From the sequence record OQ721909: a stretch of DNA of 64,000 bases; one strand, 5' to 3'. A program made the position numbers and the translations under genes. The stretch is from Escherichia phage vB_VIPECOOM01. Shown one piece after another: positions 58,080-64,000 of the stretch (position 1 is its first letter; each line of letters opens with the position of its first letter). The notes under the pieces were generated by a model. That model was not told the origin of the DNA. It was given only the letters and a program-made list of their open reading frames with translations, and searched no databases.

Positions 58080-59626
58080 GTAACAATACATATCAGCACG
58101 TATCAAATGAATCAAAATATGTTAAATTCGATCCTACTGGATCGAATTTTCCTAACACTGTTACGACAGTGCAGTCTGCATTATCAAAAATAAGTAATAT
58201 CGGCGTAAATGGTATTCCTGATGCAACTATGGAAGTTAAAGGAATAGCAATGATTGCGTCAGAACAAGAGGTTTTAGATGGAACTAATAATTCTAAAATC
58301 GTTACGCCAGCTACATTAGCAACAAGGCTATTATACCCAAATGCTACTGAAACTAAATATGGTTTAACGCGTTATTCAACAAATGAAGAAACGTTAGAAG
58401 GCTCAGATAATAATTCATCAATAACGCCGCAAAAACTGAAATACCATACTGACGATGTGTTCCAAAATAGATATTCGTCTGAGTCATCAAACGGGGTTAT
58501 TAAAATATCATCTACACCTGCAGCTTTGGCCGGTGTAGATGATACTACGGCAATGACTCCATTAAAAACCCAAAAACTTGCAATAAAATTAATTTCACAA
58601 ATAGCTCCGTCAGAAGACACTGCATCAGAATCTGTGAGAGGTGTAGTTCAATTATCTACTGTTGCGCAAACTCGTCAAGGAACTCTCCGCGAAGGATATG
58701 CAATTTCTCCGTATACCTTTATGAATTCTGTTGCAACACAAGAATATAAGGGTGTTATACGTTTAGGAACACAATCGGAAATTAACAGTAATTTGGGAGA
58801 TGTTGCAGTAACGGGTGAAACACTAAATGGTCGAGGAGCTACTGGTTCTATGCGTGGAGTAGTTAAATTAACGACGCAAGCCGGTATTGCCCCTGAAGGT
58901 GATAGTTCTGGAGCATTAGCATGGAACGCAGATGTAATTAATACTCGTGGTGGACAAACTATTAATGGTTCTTTAAATTTAGACCATCTTACAGCAAACG
59001 GAATTTGGTCGCGCGGTGGAATGTGGAAAAATGGCGATCAGCCAGTTGCGACAGAACGTTATGCATCAGAAAGAGTTCCGGTTGGGACTATTATGATGTT
59101 TGCAGGTGATTCAGCACCTCCAGGTTGGTCTATGTGTCATGGTGGAACCGTGTCAGGTGACCAATTTCCTGATTATAGAAACGTAGTTGGAACAAGATTT
59201 GGTGGTGATTGGAATAATCCTGGTATTCCTGATATGCGAGGTCTTTTCGTCAGAGGAGCCGGCACAGGCGGTCATATTTTAAATCAACGAGGACAAGATG
59301 GTTATGGAAAGGATAGACTGGGCGTAGGATGTGACGGAATGCATGTTGGTGGTGTTCAGGCACAACAAATGTCATACCATAAACATGCTGGTGGTTGGGG
59401 TGAATATAACAGAAGTGAAGGCCCATTTGGCGCGTCAGTTTATCAAGGATATCTTGGAACTAGAAAATATTCCGACTGGGATAATGCTTCATACTTCACT
59501 AATGATGGATTTGAATTAGGTGGACCAAGAGATGCTCATGGTACACTTAATCGTGAAGGATTAATTGGTTATGAAACTAGACCATGGAATATATCATTAA
59601 ACTATATTATTAAAGTTCATTACTAA
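58076..59626 (+). CDS. 12: Short tail fibre gp12
   Basis: 516 aa; conserved N-terminus [13 protein letters not shown] and C-terminal [13 protein letters not shown]. Confidence 0.9.
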   Translation: MSNNTYQHVSNESKYVKFDPTGSNFPNTVTTVQSALSKISNIGVNGIPDATMEVKGIAMIASEQEVLDGTNNSKIVTPATLATRLLYPNATETKYGLTRYSTNEETLEGSDNNSSITPQKLKYHTDDVFQNRYSSESSNGVIKISSTPAALAGVDDTTAMTPLKTQKLAIKLISQIAPSEDTASESVRGVVQLSTVAQTRQGTLREGYAISPYTFMNSVATQEYKGVIRLGTQSEINSNLGDVAVTGETLNGRGATGSMRGVVKLTTQAGIAPEGDSSGALAWNADVINTRGGQTINGSLNLDHLTANGIWSRGGMWKNGDQPVATERYASERVPVGTIMMFAGDSAPPGWSMCHGGTVSGDQFPDYRNVVGTRFGGDWNNPGIPDMRGLFVRGAGTGGHILNQRGQDGYGKDRLGVGCDGMHVGGVQAQQMSYHKHAGGWGEYNRSEGPFGASVYQGYLGTRKYSDWDNASYFTNDGFELGGPRDAHGTLNREGLIGYETRPWNISLNYIIKVHY

Positions 59627-59635
59627 GGATTACAA

Positions 59636-61093
59636 ATGATTGAATTAAAAGAGTTACCTTTTGTTGATAGCGTTCCTGACGAAGGTCAGGAACGTATTGC
59701 ATGGATTAAAAATGGTGAAGAAATATTAGGAGCTAGTACTAAGTATGGAAATGATGGATCAATGAATAGACCAATTGTTTCCGTGTTTAAAAACGTCGAG
59801 GTTCTTGATGAAAATGTGGGAATTCTTAAAACTGCAATTGAAACATCACAGAAAGATATTAAAACAATTCAAGGAGTTTTAGATGTATCAGGAGATATAG
59901 AAGCACTATCGCAGATCGGTGTTAATAAAAATGACATATCGAATTTAAAGACACTTACTAGTGAACACACTGATATATTAACTGGAACTAATAATACAGT
60001 TGACAAAATTATTGCTGATATAGGTCCATTTAATGATGAAGAAAACTCTGTTTATAGAACAATTAGAAATGATTTACTGTGGATTAAACAGGAATTAGGA
60101 CAATATTCTGGCCAAGACATTAACGGTCTTCCTGTTGTTGGTAATGCTAGCACAGGAATGAAACACAGAATAATAACAAATAGTACATTATTATCTTCAC
60201 AAGGCATTCGTTTAAGCGAATTAGAAAATAAATTTACTGAATCTGACGTAGGATCATTGACTGTTGAAGTTGGTAAATTACGTGATGAACTTGGTAATAA
60301 ACCGGTAGATTTTGGGCCAAATATTTATAATAGATTAAACACCATAGATGATAAACAAACTTTAATAAATTCTGATATAGCAGAAATTAAATCTTCTATT
60401 GGATACCCAGAAAATGTTTCTATAATAACAGAAATTAATAATAACAAAAGTAGCATTGAAGCTATTAATAATGAATTAAATCAGAGTGAAGGTGTTAAAC
60501 AACGCTTAACGGCTATTGAAACTTCTATTGGTTCAGATGATATTCCTTCTAGTATTAAAGGAAAAATTAAAAATCACACAACTTCTATTGAGTCTTTAAA
60601 CGGAATTGTTGGTGAAAACACTTCGTCTGGTTTAAGAGCGAATGTTTCGTGGTTAAATCAAATTGTTGGAACTGACTCCAGCGGAGGACAACCGTCTCCT
60701 TCTGGATCTCTATTAAATAAAGTTTCAGTGCTTGAAGGAGAAGTTTCAGTTTTAAACAATAATGTTCAAAATATACAAGTTGAAATAGGAAATAATAGAA
60801 CAGGAATTAAAGGTCAAGTTATTGAACTTACTTCACTTATAAATGGAAATAATCCTGACGGATCAACTGTTGAAGAACGAGGATTAACTAATTCTGTAAA
60901 AACGAATGAAACCAACATTGCGGCAGTCACACATGAAGTAAATACAGCTAAAGACAATATATCCTCTTTACAGAGCAGCGTTCAAGCTCTACAAGAAGCA
61001 GGTTATATTCCTGAAGCTCCAAAAGATGGCCAAGCTTACGTTCGTAAAGACGGCGAATGGGTACTACTTTCTACCTTTTTATCACCAGCATAA
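59636..61093 (+). CDS. wac: Fibritin (whisker) Wac
   Basis: 485 aa coiled coil; C-terminal foldon [27 protein letters not shown]. Confidence 0.92.
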   Translation: MIELKELPFVDSVPDEGQERIAWIKNGEEILGASTKYGNDGSMNRPIVSVFKNVEVLDENVGILKTAIETSQKDIKTIQGVLDVSGDIEALSQIGVNKNDISNLKTLTSEHTDILTGTNNTVDKIIADIGPFNDEENSVYRTIRNDLLWIKQELGQYSGQDINGLPVVGNASTGMKHRIITNSTLLSSQGIRLSELENKFTESDVGSLTVEVGKLRDELGNKPVDFGPNIYNRLNTIDDKQTLINSDIAEIKSSIGYPENVSIITEINNNKSSIEAINNELNQSEGVKQRLTAIETSIGSDDIPSSIKGKIKNHTTSIESLNGIVGENTSSGLRANVSWLNQIVGTDSSGGQPSPSGSLLNKVSVLEGEVSVLNNNVQNIQVEIGNNRTGIKGQVIELTSLINGNNPDGSTVEERGLTNSVKTNETNIAAVTHEVNTAKDNISSLQSSVQALQEAGYIPEAPKDGQAYVRKDGEWVLLSTFLSPA

Positions 61094-61096
61094 CAT

Positions 61097-61123
61097 GGGG
61101 CCGCAAGGCCCCAAAGGATTTTT
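61097..61123 (+). terminator. hairpin terminator after wac
   Basis: GGGGCC-GCAA-GGCCCC hairpin followed by AAAGGATTTTT. Confidence 0.6.
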
Positions 61124-61125
61124 AA

Positions 61126-62827
<1,702 letters not shown>

Positions 62828-62868
62828 TAAATATTATAAACTAATTAAAGCCCAGATTAGGAGAAATC

Positions 62869-64000
<1,132 letters not shown>

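Noticed and set aside
58372-58620. 82 aa minus-strand ORF
   Set aside because: Antisense within gp12.

Overview
This window is a contiguous segment of a T4-like (T-even, Tequatrovirus-type) myovirus genome, colinear with the phage T4 map from gene 46 to gene 16. Positions 1-45431 are transcribed on the minus strand and carry early/middle genes: 46 (partial), 47, a-gt, 55, nrdH, nrdG, nrdD (no intron), 49, pin, nrdC, a ~12.7 kb block of accessory ORFs, tk, regB, a GrcA-like glycyl-radical protein, denV, ipII, ipIII, e (lysozyme), nudE, a two-part cluster of 10 tRNAs, IPI-like proteins, 57B (2H phosphoesterase, Acb1-type), 57A, 1, 3, 2 and 4. Positions 45479-64000 are transcribed on the plus strand and carry late baseplate, fibre and neck genes 53, 5, 5.1, 5.4, 6, 7, 8, 9, 10, 11, 12, wac, 13, 14, 15 and the start of 16. 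Lysozyme, RegB, NrdC, gp49 and gp5 look near-identical to T4 from memory, but the tRNA complement differs and nrdD is uninterrupted, so this is a close relative rather than T4 itself. Regulatory signals visible in the sequence include a family of sigma70-type early promoters (GTTTAC -35 with AT-rich upstream element), TATAAATA late promoters, and GC-rich hairpin terminators. Nothing here is demonstrably a new system from sequence alone; the most interesting candidates are an expanded set of capsid-targeted (MKTY.EF..EA leader) proteins, an adjacent nucleotidyltransferase plus AAA ATPase gene pair, several paralogous accessory gene families, a macro-domain protein, an HNH-like ORF inside the tRNA cluster, and structured repeated intergenic elements. 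All identifications rest on motif reading and recalled T4 knowledge; no database search was run.
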